64,000 nucleotides of DNA, from assembly GCA_030704615.1 (NCBI GenBank), contig CM060733.1, positions 56,296,001 to 56,360,000 on the forward strand, read 5' to 3'. Shown piece after piece: positions 40,483 to 51,293 of the stretch. Origin of the DNA: Takakia lepidozioides. Lineage: Eukaryota > Plantae > Bryophyta. Each line of letters begins with the position of its first letter. Position 1 is the stretch's first letter. The translations under genes were made by a program, and so were the position numbers. Under the pieces are notes generated by a model. That model was not told the DNA's origin. It did no database searches and saw nothing but the letters and a program-made list of their open reading frames with translations.

Positions 40483-41940
40483 CTATCCAATGCAATGTGG
40501 ACATAACCAATCCCCATCCGGAACCATCTCAAGAGGTGGAGTCAAGCATCCCATATGCCAACCTCTAGAGCACCGATCACACACCAGCATGGTGGCTGCC
40601 CCTTTAGCAGACCCACACAACATGCACCTCAAACCTGCAGATACCACTGCCAGGTTTGGGTCAATCCTGCCATCGACATTCGGAAGGTGACATGGCGCAC
40701 AATTACGCACATGGTCCTTCCAAGTTATGCCATCCCGACCCTCCAAGACCAAGACGCCTGAGGGCAAGACCTCTCGAACCCTCAAAATAACACGTCCTGC
40801 AGTCACATCCAGGGTCGTAGGAGCAGTCTGCTGCAGATAGACATAGTCACCAGGGTTGAATCTCCGAACCCCAGGACGATAGCCCCCACCACGTATGGTA
40901 GCATACCTCAACGTATCACGGTGTTGTGCAATGGCAAGGTTCTCGAAAGCCATGGGCATGACTCTCTTGAACAACTCTGCACGCTGCTCACATGCACGTG
41001 CCCACACGTCCGGATCGTCAAGGTTAAGAACTGTAGCAGCTTCTCTGCGAATGGATGTAGGCAAATCCGGCTCTCGGCCAAAGAGAAGAAAGTATGGTGA
41101 GAAGGAGGCAAGTGATGCTTGCTTGCTGAACCTGTAGCCCATGGCTAACCAGGGTAACTGAAGGTCCCAATCTCCTAGGTGTCCCTTCTGCAAGCCATAC
41201 TTGCGCAAACCCCTCTTTACTGTCTGAACAACTCTCTCTGCCAAGCCATCGGCTTCAGGATGATCCCGAGAAGTGGTGCGGTGGTCTATCAAGGCCTTGT
41301 CACACAAAGCCTGAAACTCCCCCAAGAACTCTCTCCCTTGGTCCGTGAGTACCTCAGCTGGAGCACCGAATCGGCTAAGCACACAATCCAGGAATGCATA
41401 CGCAGCTCCCTCACTAGCCTTATCAGGCAATGGAACCAATTCAATCCACTTGGAGAAGTGCTCCACCATCACCAACACGTACTTGTTGTGGCGCATGGTC
41501 AGTGGCAACGGCCCTGCGAAGTCAAGACTCCACCTGTAGCCCAATCCCATGATCGGAAGAGGGTGCAATTGTGGAGTAGGGGCGTTGAATGAAGCACGCA
41601 CCCTGTCACACACCATGCACCTAGCCACAAATTGTTGCACCTCTGTGTGCATACCACGCCACCAATACTGCCCCTGCAGTAGACTATGAGTGCGTCGCAC
41701 CCCAAAATGCCCCAACTCCTCATGGGCATGCCGCACTAACCGTGCCCGCTGTGTTGGGTGAGGCACAATCCTCACTCGACCATCCTCCCACACTCGGAGC
41801 AGGTGTGTCCCCTCCCACCTGAACCTCTTGGCTCGTTGTAGGATCCGATCCCTCTCCTTGGCAGTCATAGTGGCTGCCGTGTCTCCACTGCGGAGGTAGT
41901 CCAACACAACTGAATCCTCATGTATATCTTTGGCGCCACC
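40483..41940 (-). CDS. Element D integrase with a C-terminal PHD finger
   Basis: HEELGHFG...CMVC; DFAGP; LTDQGREF; ADGLAER; CMLC...CDRC...WHMGC...WLCPHC (C4HC3). A 1-nt frameshift separates it from RT/RH near 41940. Confidence 0.93.
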   Translation of the reverse strand, partial: GGAKDIHEDSVVLDYLRSGDTAATMTAKERDRILQRAKRFRWEGTHLLRVWEDGRVRIVPHPTQRARLVRHAHEELGHFGVRRTHSLLQGQYWWRGMHTEVQQFVARCMVCDRVRASFNAPTPQLHPLPIMGLGYRWSLDFAGPLPLTMRHNKYVLVMVEHFSKWIELVPLPDKASEGAAYAFLDCVLSRFGAPAEVLTDQGREFLGEFQALCDKALIDHRTTSRDHPEADGLAERVVQTVKRGLRKYGLQKGHLGDWDLQLPWLAMGYRFSKQASLASFSPYFLLFGREPDLPTSIRREAATVLNLDDPDVWARACEQRAELFKRVMPMAFENLAIAQHRDTLRYATIRGGGYRPGVRRFNPGDYVYLQQTAPTTLDVTAGRVILRVREVLPSGVLVLEGRDGITWKDHVRNCAPCHLPNVDGRIDPNLAVVSAGLRCMLCGSAKGAATMLVCDRCSRGWHMGCLTPPLEMVPDGDWLCPHCIG

Positions 41941-43616
41941 TGCTCATTGCTGGCCTCAGGGTCCTCAGACACTTGATCTACAGTCATCCCTGTTGTAGGT
42001 CCAACCTGGCCTTCCGCTGCCAAGATACACAGAAATGCAGATGCATGCCATCCGGGCACCATCTCCTCGTCCGTCTCACCATGCCACCGAGCTCCAGTGT
42101 CATCCTGCTGGCTCGTGCATGGATTGCGACTCAACCCATCTGCATTTCGATTGACCAAACCCGGTCGATGCACCACCTGAAAGTCATACTCTTGAAGGAT
42201 GAGTGCCCACCGTGCAAGCTTCCCCGTAAGCTTGTCTGACTCCATCAACCACTTGAGTGGTTGGTGATCCGTGACAAGGGTGAAGAGATTGCCGTATAGA
42301 TAGCACCTGAAGTGTGCCACGGCCCACACTGCAGCTAAGCATTCTCCCTCATATGAGCTATACTTAGACTCTGCAGCATTGTTCGAGCGGCTAGCATAAG
42401 CCACTACGAACTCTCTTCCCTCATCATCCACCTGTGTGAGCACCGCTCCAAGCCCCAGCATGCTCCAATCTGTATGCAGCTGAAAAGGACGCCCCCTGAT
42501 AGGTCGTCTCAAGATGGGCGCCGAGGTCAACCTCGCCTTGAGCTCTTGAAAAGCTTGTTCTTGCTCATCTTCCCACTGCCACTCCTGGTCCACCTTGGTC
42601 AGCTTGGTTAGAGCCTTTGCAATGGCACTAAATCCCTTAACAAACCGTCTGTAATAGTTTGCTAACCCCATGAAAGCTCGAACTCGGCTCACATCCGTGG
42701 GGCGTGGAACCTGTGCAATGGACTCTACCTTAGTCTGCTGTACCCCCAATCCTCCAGGATATATCATGTGACCCAGATACTCAATCTGGTTGTGGAAAAA
42801 CTTGCACTTGCCCGGATGTAACTTCAATCCGTGCGTCCTCAAGCGCTCAAATACCCCCTGAAGGTGTCTCTCATGCTCCTCCACCGTAGCACTAAAGATG
42901 ATGATGTCATCTATGTAGCACCGAGCAAACTCCACCCCTGCTAGAATCCTGTCCATGACTCTTTGAAACTCAGCGGGAGCGTTTTTAAGCCCAAATGGTA
43001 AGAACCGCCACTGGTATAGGCAATCCTTCCCGTGCTCATTGATCCCCCAGAATGCCGTCTTTTGCTTATCCGCCTCCTTGATCGGCAACTGGTGATATCC
43101 GGATCGTAAATCCAACGTGCTAAAGACCTTGGAATGCCCAATGGCATCAAAGATCTCCTCTGGTGTTGGCATGGCATACCTATCGGACTTGGTCTGACGA
43201 TTTACAGGCCGGTAATCACCGCACATACGTCTCTCCGTCCAATTGCCATAGACATCCTTCTTAGCTGGCATCACTGTGGCTGAAGCATACTCTCCACCAG
43301 AGAGCTCCACCAAACCTGCCTCCCAGAGATCTTGAGTCCTCATCTGAATCAAAGACCTCTCCATGTCACTGTATCTATAGGGTCTCCGAAAGATTGGCGT
43401 GTCAGTGGCCAACTCAATACGGATCTCTTGACCCTTCAGTGCTCCCAAGTCCTTCAAACTGAAGGCAAAGCAATTCCTGTAAGCCCTCAGGAACCGCCGT
43501 ATACGTCGTCTCTCTCCTCCGGTGACAATGGGTCCAATATCAGGCTCCCAATTGTCCTCCGTAACTGCAACCTTAAGTCCAGTGGGCTTAGAGGTAGAGG
43601 ACGCGTCCCGTGGTTG
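41865..43616 (-). CDS. Element D reverse transcriptase and RNase H
   Basis: RMCGDYRPVN, LDLRSGYHQ, LPFGLKNAP, YIDD, HTDWS, YSSYEGECLA, TDHQPL; in frame with the upstream ORF across one TAG. Confidence 0.95.
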   Translation of the reverse strand, partial: QPRDASSTSKPTGLKVAVTEDNWEPDIGPIVTGGERRRIRRFLRAYRNCFAFSLKDLGALKGQEIRIELATDTPIFRRPYRYSDMERSLIQMRTQDLWEAGLVELSGGEYASATVMPAKKDVYGNWTERRMCGDYRPVNRQTKSDRYAMPTPEEIFDAIGHSKVFSTLDLRSGYHQLPIKEADKQKTAFWGINEHGKDCLYQWRFLPFGLKNAPAEFQRVMDRILAGVEFARCYIDDIIIFSATVEEHERHLQGVFERLRTHGLKLHPGKCKFFHNQIEYLGHMIYPGGLGVQQTKVESIAQVPRPTDVSRVRAFMGLANYYRRFVKGFSAIAKALTKLTKVDQEWQWEDEQEQAFQELKARLTSAPILRRPIRGRPFQLHTDWSMLGLGAVLTQVDDEGREFVVAYASRSNNAAESKYSSYEGECLAAVWAVAHFRCYLYGNLFTLVTDHQPLKWLMESDKLTGKLARWALILQEYDFQVVHRPGLVNRNADGLSRNPCTSQQDDTGARWHGETDEEMVPGWHASAFLCILAAEGQVGPTTGMTVDQVSEDPEASNEQVAPKIYMRIQLCWTTSAVETRQPL

Positions 43617-46600
43617 CTATGCTGCAACCTCTTGAGCAGTACCCCCTTCCTGCTCAGTCAATGACAAGGCCTCATCCTGCCCCATCATCTCATCATTGAG
43701 AACCTCCTCATCCCGAGAAGAATCCCCAACCTCATCCATCACAGCTGCCTTCGCTGCCAACTCCCTCTGAACCTCGAGCACCTCCCACATGTGCCATGGA
43801 TGTCTACACCTCGTGGTCCTCACCGGCTCGCCCCCACTCGCTGCCTGTACCGTCTCGGTAGGCAGAGAGACCGTCAAGGGAAGTGCACTCCGCACTCTAC
43901 GTTGCTCAGCCATAGCCAAGCTGACAATCCAGGTCAAGCAATTGAGATCCATTGCTTGCCCCAACACCTGACGACGTGATGCCTCAGAAAGAGAAGGCAC
44001 CGCCGTGGTCCCAGTGGAAAACCCCATAGCCCGCTCTCGCTCGTCGGCATTAGGCTCCACTAACTGCTGCAACTGAGCATCCCACAGGAGGCCAGGTCCA
44101 CCATCCCGAAAAGCATGGGATCCTGGGAAGCTGAGCAGTGTAGGTAATGCTGCTCGTGGTTGACCCACCCTGTTGACCACTGCCAAAGGCGAACGGTCAT
44201 CGTGTCTCACACGTTGAGACTGCCTTCCTGTGTCCAAAATGCCATCCACGGTGAGGTGTGCTGGCCGCTGCACCCCATCAAATGCACGCTTGAGCAGTGC
44301 GGGTGGCATCAAGTTAGTCCACCATAGTCGTGGACGATGAGCCCGTGACCCCACTGCAGCTGCATCCAGCAATACTGCTGACCCAAGCCACGACCGGACT
44401 TGATGCACACTGGCCATCACCCTGGCCCGAGAATCACCCATCAGTGGTACATTCTCCAAGATGTATGCTGGAGATACAGCTTGATGAAGCTGCAAGCAGC
44501 GCAAAATCCGCACCATCTCCCAAAACAGACCCGTCCTCGAGTCTCGCAATCCATTGCCATGCCCGGCTGATGAATGCCCTTGGCAGGGCCAACCTGCCAC
44601 TATCAGATCAATGGAGCCAACCTGCTCCAAATCTTGCGCCCCCAACAAAGAAATGTCTGCTGGCAAGGCTTGTTGGTATCCACGAACTGCAGACACAGAC
44701 AACAAGTCAGGGTACTGCTGTACCAACTGAGCCACATGGCGCAGTGAGACGCGTCGTGCAGTCTCATCCCTCTCCACATACAGGTAACGCCTTACCCGCA
44801 CACCTGCCTGTAGCACAGCAGCCAATCCGGTGCTGATCCCGCCAAACAAGTCCAGAAGGCAAATGCCTTCATCCGGCCGCTGCCACACAAGAGGTGTGGT
44901 GTCCAATGGCGACAACTGAGGTGGCCCTGGTGCAATCACCGCACTCTCCTCCTCTCCTGACGGTACAAAAGCTTCTACCCAAGCTTGTTGCACCCGTCCA
45001 TCAGCAGCTTGCTGCAAATCCTTGCTCGTACCCCACAACGGAGTGTGAGCAACCATGGCAGGCAACTCCGCCGTACCATGCATGTCATCCTGCTCTGCTG
45101 GAGGTGGCACATCCTCTGCATGGGCATTGCCTTCCAGCAACTCTCCAGGCCAACTAACTGCAGCTGTGAAGGCGGCTAGTGTTGGCATCTTGCCCCGCTG
45201 GGCAGCTGCAATACCCCCAATGAATGTCACAGGGAGCTGTGCACGGCGACCATCCCCTGACTGCCATCCAGGCCTGTAGGATGCTGACTCCTCCCAGAAA
45301 TCCAGGGTGAAGCCCATGGGGTATAACACTGCCCCACCAACGAGGACATCGTAAGAGACCGCGTCTGTCACAATGGCCTTGGCTCGCATCACTGAGCCAT
45401 CTACAGGATGATCCGGCTGCAGTCTAATAGCCAACTGATGCCGTGTCATGCCGCGAGCCTGCTCTGATCCTCCCAGAGATGTCTGTATCTGGAAAGGACA
45501 AGGCTCCATATCCGCCTCCATGAGGCCCAAACCTGCAATAGCAGCTCTGCCCAACATCAGTGGCTGAGCTCCTGAGTCCAACAAGACCCGCAGTGGCCGG
45601 TACTTCTTGCCTGCCGGTCCACTCAAAGTGAAAATGCCTCCCTGGTTGTCTAACAAGACAACTCCAGGTGTCACCATGGCGCGCTCAATGGCTGGCCTAG
45701 CTGGCAGCTCCGTCAACCTGGCAGCTGCAACTTGCCATGGCGCAGCCGTGGCAGTCTTGACCCTCAAATCCGAGGATCCCTCTGCCACTATACCTTCCAC
45801 TAACTCCGCAGAAGATGAAGTGACCTCCCCACTCTCACAGAGAGTTGCTGCTAGTCTGAACACTGCAGCTGGTCTCACCCCCGGCGTCGCAATCATGGTT
45901 GCCGAGAACAGTGGGGCTTGACACACAGAGGTGGCTGCCCCCAATAACACACCGGTTGCACTAGCCTTGGTAGCAGGTGTCAGTGCTGCACGTGTAGCTC
46001 TCCCCAATGGCATAGTAACCTCCGCCTCGGTAACCGTCGGGCGAGAACTAGGTGCCATGGATGGCGTTGACACTGTCTCCGCCAAGGTGAATGACTGAGG
46101 CAGCCTCGCCTGACGGCTTGCCTCCCCACGTTGTGGATCCAACTCCACCTCTGCACCTCGTGGCTCAGGAACTCGTGCTGCTCCTCGAGTCACGGCTGCA
46201 GCAGACTCCACCTGCTCTAGTGGTAGTGCTGCTCCGCACATGAATCCCATGCCTCCCATATCTCCTCCCTCAGGAGCAGGAGGTGGACCATCCCGCCTGG
46301 GAGCCGGTACCGCCTGAGCTATAGCCATGGCAGCGAGCCTCTGCTCTAGCTGCTGAAGCCGATTGGCCATGCCTTGGTCAACACCCTGACCTCCGCGTCC
46401 TTGGCCATGTGGAGCTTGCCCTTGGCCTGCACCTCGTGCCCGACCACCTCGTCCTCTTTGGGCTGGTCCACCTCGCCCCTGGCCACCATTGTTCCCTTGG
46501 AACTGGCCTGGGCGCAACTCAGGATGCAAGTCATAACACTGGGCATCTACATGCCCATACTTGCCACAATGCCCACACTGCAACTGTGCAGGCTGTGCTT

Positions 46601-47819
46601 GTGCCGGCCTTCTGCCATTCTCTGGGCAATCTCTTTTGACATGGGGTCCTCCACATGTCCAACATATCACCCCTGGTTGCTGTTGGCCTGCAAAAGATGC
46701 CACGGGCCTCTGCACCTGAGGTCCCCTGTAAGCTCCATGGAACTTGGGCTGGGCAACCTTGCCCCCCTGACCACGCTGTTGGGCAGTCCCTTGTGCCTGT
46801 GGGCTGACAGCTGTGCCCCGTACAGGCATGTCCTTGCCAAATCCAATTGTAACAACTCGCTCCTCCACCATGTTGAGCTCAATCCGCTCAGCCAGCAGAA
46901 ACACATCTGCTAATGTGGGTTGGGCTGCTTGTAACAGGGTTGCATCTCGCACCCTTCTCTTGAGCTCCTTGTCCAGAATTCCATACCAAAACTGGATTGC
47001 CTGAGCTTCAGTAACCCCTTGGGTCACACTTATCAAGCGCCTCATACGAGTGTACGCCTCTCGCAGGCTCTCACTGGGTTTGCGCTGGAAGTCTTGCAAA
47101 CTTCGCAGCTTCTCTGTCCGTACACCTTGGTAGTTCCTCCGCAACTCCTGGAAGAACTCCACCACCGGGTTGAATCTAGGCACATGTGTTGTAGTTGTGG
47201 CAGGAGGAGTAGTAGCACCTTTTGAACTGGTACCACCTGCAGAAGTACCAGCACTACCTGCTCCACTACTAGTGCTGGCAGTGAGAGCTATTGGTACTGA
47301 TGCAGCTACTGGTCGCGTCGTGCCTCGAGTAATGGAGACGTAGTCAGGTGACCAATACATCCTCCACTCCTCAATCTCTGCTTCATGTCCTCGCCTGAAC
47401 TCGTGGTAATCGTCCATAGGCGGGCCTTCCAAATGCTGGAACAGTCCCTTCCACGCCATGAATGGGGTGAATAGCTGTGGATTGCGCATCTGCTGCAAAT
47501 CACACCAGCTGTCGAACTCCTGGATAAAGTCATCCAACTCGATTGTGCCCACAGCTCCAGAGTACCTACGAGGCCCCTTGGTAGCTCCATACATCTCCTC
47601 CATGTCGTCCCACAACAATGGCGAATGAAAGTGCACACCTGTTGATGAAGCCTCTGAGTCTGTGTCTGACTCTACAGTAATTGAGGGTGGCGGTGAAGGT
47701 GGTCTGAACCGAATACCTCGTCTTGTGAACCCACTCTCACTGTTACTGCCTGTAGCCGTACTCCCCTCAAAACCCTTGGGTAACTCCGTAATGACACTCA
47801 CAATGTGCACCTCCTCCAC
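43617..47819 (-). CDS. Element D gag - aspartic protease - C5 cytosine methyltransferase (DNMT3-like) polyprotein
   Basis: Two Zn knuckles (CWTCGGPHVKRDC, CGHCGKYGHVDAQC); LLDSGA protease; MTase motifs DLFGGI (I), YVERD (II), AGWPCQG (IV), ILENV (VI), RAHRPRLWWTN (VIII), ERERAMGF (IX), VLGQAM (X) at about 43920-44870. Confidence 0.93.
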   Translation of the reverse strand: MEEVHIVSVITELPKGFEGSTATGSNSESGFTRRGIRFRPPSPPPSITVESDTDSEASSTGVHFHSPLLWDDMEEMYGATKGPRRYSGAVGTIELDDFIQEFDSWCDLQQMRNPQLFTPFMAWKGLFQHLEGPPMDDYHEFRRGHEAEIEEWRMYWSPDYVSITRGTTRPVAASVPIALTASTSSGAGSAGTSAGGTSSKGATTPPATTTTHVPRFNPVVEFFQELRRNYQGVRTEKLRSLQDFQRKPSESLREAYTRMRRLISVTQGVTEAQAIQFWYGILDKELKRRVRDATLLQAAQPTLADVFLLAERIELNMVEERVVTIGFGKDMPVRGTAVSPQAQGTAQQRGQGGKVAQPKFHGAYRGPQVQRPVASFAGQQQPGVICWTCGGPHVKRDCPENGRRPAQAQPAQLQCGHCGKYGHVDAQCYDLHPELRPGQFQGNNGGQGRGGPAQRGRGGRARGAGQGQAPHGQGRGGQGVDQGMANRLQQLEQRLAAMAIAQAVPAPRRDGPPPAPEGGDMGGMGFMCGAALPLEQVESAAAVTRGAARVPEPRGAEVELDPQRGEASRQARLPQSFTLAETVSTPSMAPSSRPTVTEAEVTMPLGRATRAALTPATKASATGVLLGAATSVCQAPLFSATMIATPGVRPAAVFRLAATLCESGEVTSSSAELVEGIVAEGSSDLRVKTATAAPWQVAAARLTELPARPAIERAMVTPGVVLLDNQGGIFTLSGPAGKKYRPLRVLLDSGAQPLMLGRAAIAGLGLMEADMEPCPFQIQTSLGGSEQARGMTRHQLAIRLQPDHPVDGSVMRAKAIVTDAVSYDVLVGGAVLYPMGFTLDFWEESASYRPGWQSGDGRRAQLPVTFIGGIAAAQRGKMPTLAAFTAAVSWPGELLEGNAHAEDVPPPAEQDDMHGTAELPAMVAHTPLWGTSKDLQQAADGRVQQAWVEAFVPSGEEESAVIAPGPPQLSPLDTTPLVWQRPDEGICLLDLFGGISTGLAAVLQAGVRVRRYLYVERDETARRVSLRHVAQLVQQYPDLLSVSAVRGYQQALPADISLLGAQDLEQVGSIDLIVAGWPCQGHSSAGHGNGLRDSRTGLFWEMVRILRCLQLHQAVSPAYILENVPLMGDSRARVMASVHQVRSWLGSAVLLDAAAVGSRAHRPRLWWTNLMPPALLKRAFDGVQRPAHLTVDGILDTGRQSQRVRHDDRSPLAVVNRVGQPRAALPTLLSFPGSHAFRDGGPGLLWDAQLQQLVEPNADERERAMGFSTGTTAVPSLSEASRRQVLGQAMDLNCLTWIVSLAMAEQRRVRSALPLTVSLPTETVQAASGGEPVRTTRCRHPWHMWEVLEVQRELAAKAAVMDEVGDSSRDEEVLNDEMMGQDEALSLTEQEGGTAQEVAA

Positions 47820-48338
47820 GTAACACTATAAGGCTCTAGTACTAATCTAATAGTGACATGGGTGGGCACCTGTTGCAGTTTAAGGGTCATATCCCAATGG
47901 CTCAGGGCACCTGCACCTGCATCCACCGCAAGAACTCCTATGGTTGGCTGGTCATCAACCCAGCCTCACCATAGAAGAAACACTGGTGGTCTTGCTGGTC
48001 ATCACTCCAGCCTCACCACCGACAGCATACTCTAGGATTGACCGGTGATCAAATCCGGCCTAATCCCTATGAAAGCAAGCGCCCACACAAAACCAACATG
48101 GCGCACAGTCAAGCATGCAGGTGTTGGGGGGGATCCAAACACAAGAAATCAAAACATCAACACCCCCACACCAAAATCCAGCTGCAATGCTGATCCTGCA
48201 GAATATCCCAGCCCAAAACCCCGGACTGACTGGCCTCCACCAAGAGAGGCTTTGGCAACTACAAGTACAAGGTAATGAAAATAGTACAGAGATGGAGGGG
48301 AAGAATAGAAGCCCGCCCAAGCAAGATCTAATCCTGAT

Positions 48339-49088
48339 CTATGCTATCAACTTCCAGACTTCTCTCAAAGTGCCTCGCTCTGCTTGATGGTAAGGTGTAG
48401 GAGGTATATCTATGTCCAGAAACCTGCCACTAACCTTGTCCCAAGCTACAGTAGCTCGCTCTAACCAACCCTCCTCCTCTTTCTGCCAGGTAGAGACAAA
48501 GCAATACTCCCCTATCTCCCGCTCACTGAACACTAAAGAAAACAAAGGTAGGGTCTGATAGTCTCTCAACTCGAAAGCTTTGAGACGGTTGCGGGTGTCT
48601 TCATTGCGAATGACTGCATCTCCTTCACGCACAACAAACATGTCATTGCTGATGAACCCCCGCTCGTGGTTGCCCTGTGCAGAGCGTATCCGGCTGCAAC
48701 CGTGTCTGATTGCACAAACTTGTGTAGCTCCTGCTCCTCTGCTCCAGTACACCACGGCCTTGTGGCTGAACACCTTGGTCCCCGGGGCTGTCTTTGGCTG
48801 TGTTCCAAGCCTAGCTTTCACCCACTTTGGTATTTCACCTACAGCTGCAGAACTGCTGGCTCCAACCGAGTTCTGACTGTCCAAGGCGATATTGAGGCCC
48901 TCAATGCCAACTACAGCAGTCTGTTGTCTACTGCTAATGCCTAACTCCCAGTATGCAATCAACTCGTCCAACTGTTCTCCACTCAAATCAGTCTGAGTTC
49001 CTTGGGAAACATAAATCTTGTCCCCTTTGGTGCACAGGCTAAGAGAAGAGACCTGCCCTTCAACGACGTCCTCATTTCCCCCAGCCAT
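48339..49088 (-). CDS. Unknown 249-aa ORF in element D's leader upstream of gag
   Basis: Uninterrupted ATG-initiated ORF on the element's sense strand; no motif recognised. Confidence 0.35.
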   Translation of the reverse strand: MAGGNEDVVEGQVSSLSLCTKGDKIYVSQGTQTDLSGEQLDELIAYWELGISSRQQTAVVGIEGLNIALDSQNSVGASSSAAVGEIPKWVKARLGTQPKTAPGTKVFSHKAVVYWSRGAGATQVCAIRHGCSRIRSAQGNHERGFISNDMFVVREGDAVIRNEDTRNRLKAFELRDYQTLPLFSLVFSEREIGEYCFVSTWQKEEEGWLERATVAWDKVSGRFLDIDIPPTPYHQAERGTLREVWKLIA

Positions 49089-50097
49089 ACAAGGAGTACA
49101 TCCACAGATTTGTCTCTAATATAGACCAGCACAGGTTCTAGAAACAGGATTGTGGATCTTTCATGGCACACTCACACTCTAAAAATTCCATAGATTTTTA
49201 GCAGAGTCCCAAAAACAGAAACCTAGATTTCCCCTTTCTGCAGCTATCCCCTCAAAAACTGAGTCAAACGGAGCTCATTTGACAAAGATATGACCAACCA
49301 GGCTCTTTATCATTTAAATTAGATCAAAGTTTTTTTTTTTTAACACCAAAACGTTCCCGCCATTAAGAACCGTTCCCAGGTTATCTACAAGTTCCGAACA
49401 TGTTCATGTAGTTCTCTGTTGTTTTGGGGTCGCCTCGCCATTACCACGGAGCAGCTCGATTTGTTGAGCTCCGATCGGCTTCTCCTCCATGATGGACCGC
49501 ATTGCCGCTTCGTCATTCAGCTGCATTTGTTCAGGTGTCCGTCCCACATACTTATCATTGCTGACTCTCAGATCATTTCCCGTAAGTTCCAGCTCGCATG
49601 GAGGGAGATTACCGGCAGCCTGCACTTCAACTCGACTGCCAGACCATGTCTTGAGGTCTCTGTTACACTCTCCACCCTTTCTTCCGCTGATTACTTTGAT
49701 GCTTGACTTCAATGATTGATCACGCATCCAATCCGTCCGTTGCTCTGTGACCAGTATGGGGCCGACTGCTCTTGTTTCCTCCTGAATCACTCATATATCT
49801 CCGAAACTCACACTTAATCCACTCTCAGCCTTGATCTGTTGATGTGACCTTTTGTGTGCCGTATCTGTAGGTCATTTGTTCCTCCAAAAATCGTGCAGTT
49901 GAGTAATCTGTGTGATCTGCAACTGGTCTGATTTCCACACACTTGGAGCATTGGCCAATTAGAGCATGACGAGTTCCTTCAGCCCTTCTTCCCTGCTACA
50001 AGACCTGATGGGCGAGAAGGTCAGCTCCTATCACCTTATCAATTACCCAAGGGTACCAAAGTGGGCCCAGTATCTGGCCTCTCTGTAACGCCACATC

Positions 50098-50300
50098 ACA
50101 TAGTCATCAGGCAGTTCCCTAGCCCGGGCTCGGAGCTCCGTTACCTCATCAAAGAAACTTTCCGATGAAGCTTCAGGAAGGAAGTCCTGGGGTTGCCAGC
50201 ACTTGTCTACGGGCTTCAAAAGGGGTAGCAAATTCTCTTGCGCCCAGTTGTCCAGGGAACCGATAACCTTCAATTTCTCAATGGGGATCTCTCGAGCACT
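50098..50300 (-). pseudogene. Captured fragment of plant stearoyl/acyl-ACP desaturase
   Basis: IEKLKVIGSLDNWAQENLLPLLKPVDKCWQPQDFLPEASSESFFDEVTELRARARELPDDY matches the conserved N-terminal block of delta-9 acyl-ACP desaturases. Confidence 0.85.
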
Positions 50301-51274
50301 TTCTTTGTTCCACTCCTGGTAGGGTGTGAGAACTTTGCGAGGTCGAGGGTTCACAGCTAGATTTGTCTTCCTGTGACAACGTAAGGCCACGGTGCACTAT
50401 GATAGACATAATGAGCATGACGGGACTGAGGCATTATAGCTCGAAGTTAGCTAGAATAACTCCCTACTAGTAGGAACACCACCAGCGTGAATAACTCGGC
50501 ATAAGGGCCCCGCAGCACTGCTCACAGGCACGTACCCGCTTGAACCTAGCTTGTGTGTTAAGTTTCAATTCTGCCAGCGTCTCCACAAGGGACATGCACA
50601 ACCCCAAGAAGTTAAAACGACGACTCTACTACCTTTGCACTTTCCTGATCCGTTTCCCGTTGAGGCTCCTCTGGTTAGAGTCCAGGAGCCTCAATCCCAA
50701 CAGAAGCAGCAGTCTGAAGCCAAATTTGTATCAGCGACCAACCATGCAGCGCAGTCTACCTTCGCAAAGGCTGAGAGATCCACTTACACCACCACGGGAC
50801 GAGTTTGAAATCATGAACGTGTACAAGCCAGGCCCTGCAAGAATCCCAGTATATATAGGCAGTGGTGTAACAAGCCCCCTCACACAGGTGCTAGGCAGGC
50901 TGGTGAGGTTCAAGCCACACACGAATAGCCTGAACGGCTCAACACCCACTGCCAACGAAACTCTGGAGCGCCTCCAAGTCGCCAATATAAATCAAGCCCA
51001 GCCAGCCCAAACGGGGGATTCCGACCAATGGTCTTTCTCGCGCTGCAGCACGAGTGCCCTCATAAACTGAGCACGGCAGGCCTCCTTGTCTCCCAGGCTG
51101 ATTATTGTTGGCTTTGAACTGTTGCAGCAACACTTCAAATGGTTTCCGCCTTCTTGTACTGCTCCACTCGGCACACATAGCCAGTCTGACTGCAGGCTCC
51201 CTGTGACCAAGCTATATTATAATAGTGCTTAAAAACAGAAAACATCATATCTAGCTTAGCACTAGAAAACTAGA

Positions 51275-51293
51275 CAGCTCATCTCTCTCGAGT
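51275..51293 (-). other. Element D primer-binding position, complementary to its own LTR (self-priming type)
   Basis: 19 nt at 51275-51293 are the exact reverse complement of 51473-51491; no TGG tRNA-type PBS. Confidence 0.75.

Noticed and set aside
44330-47225. Plus-strand ORFs opposite element D's gag-pol
   Set aside because: Antisense shadows of a GC-rich coding strand, with no motifs.
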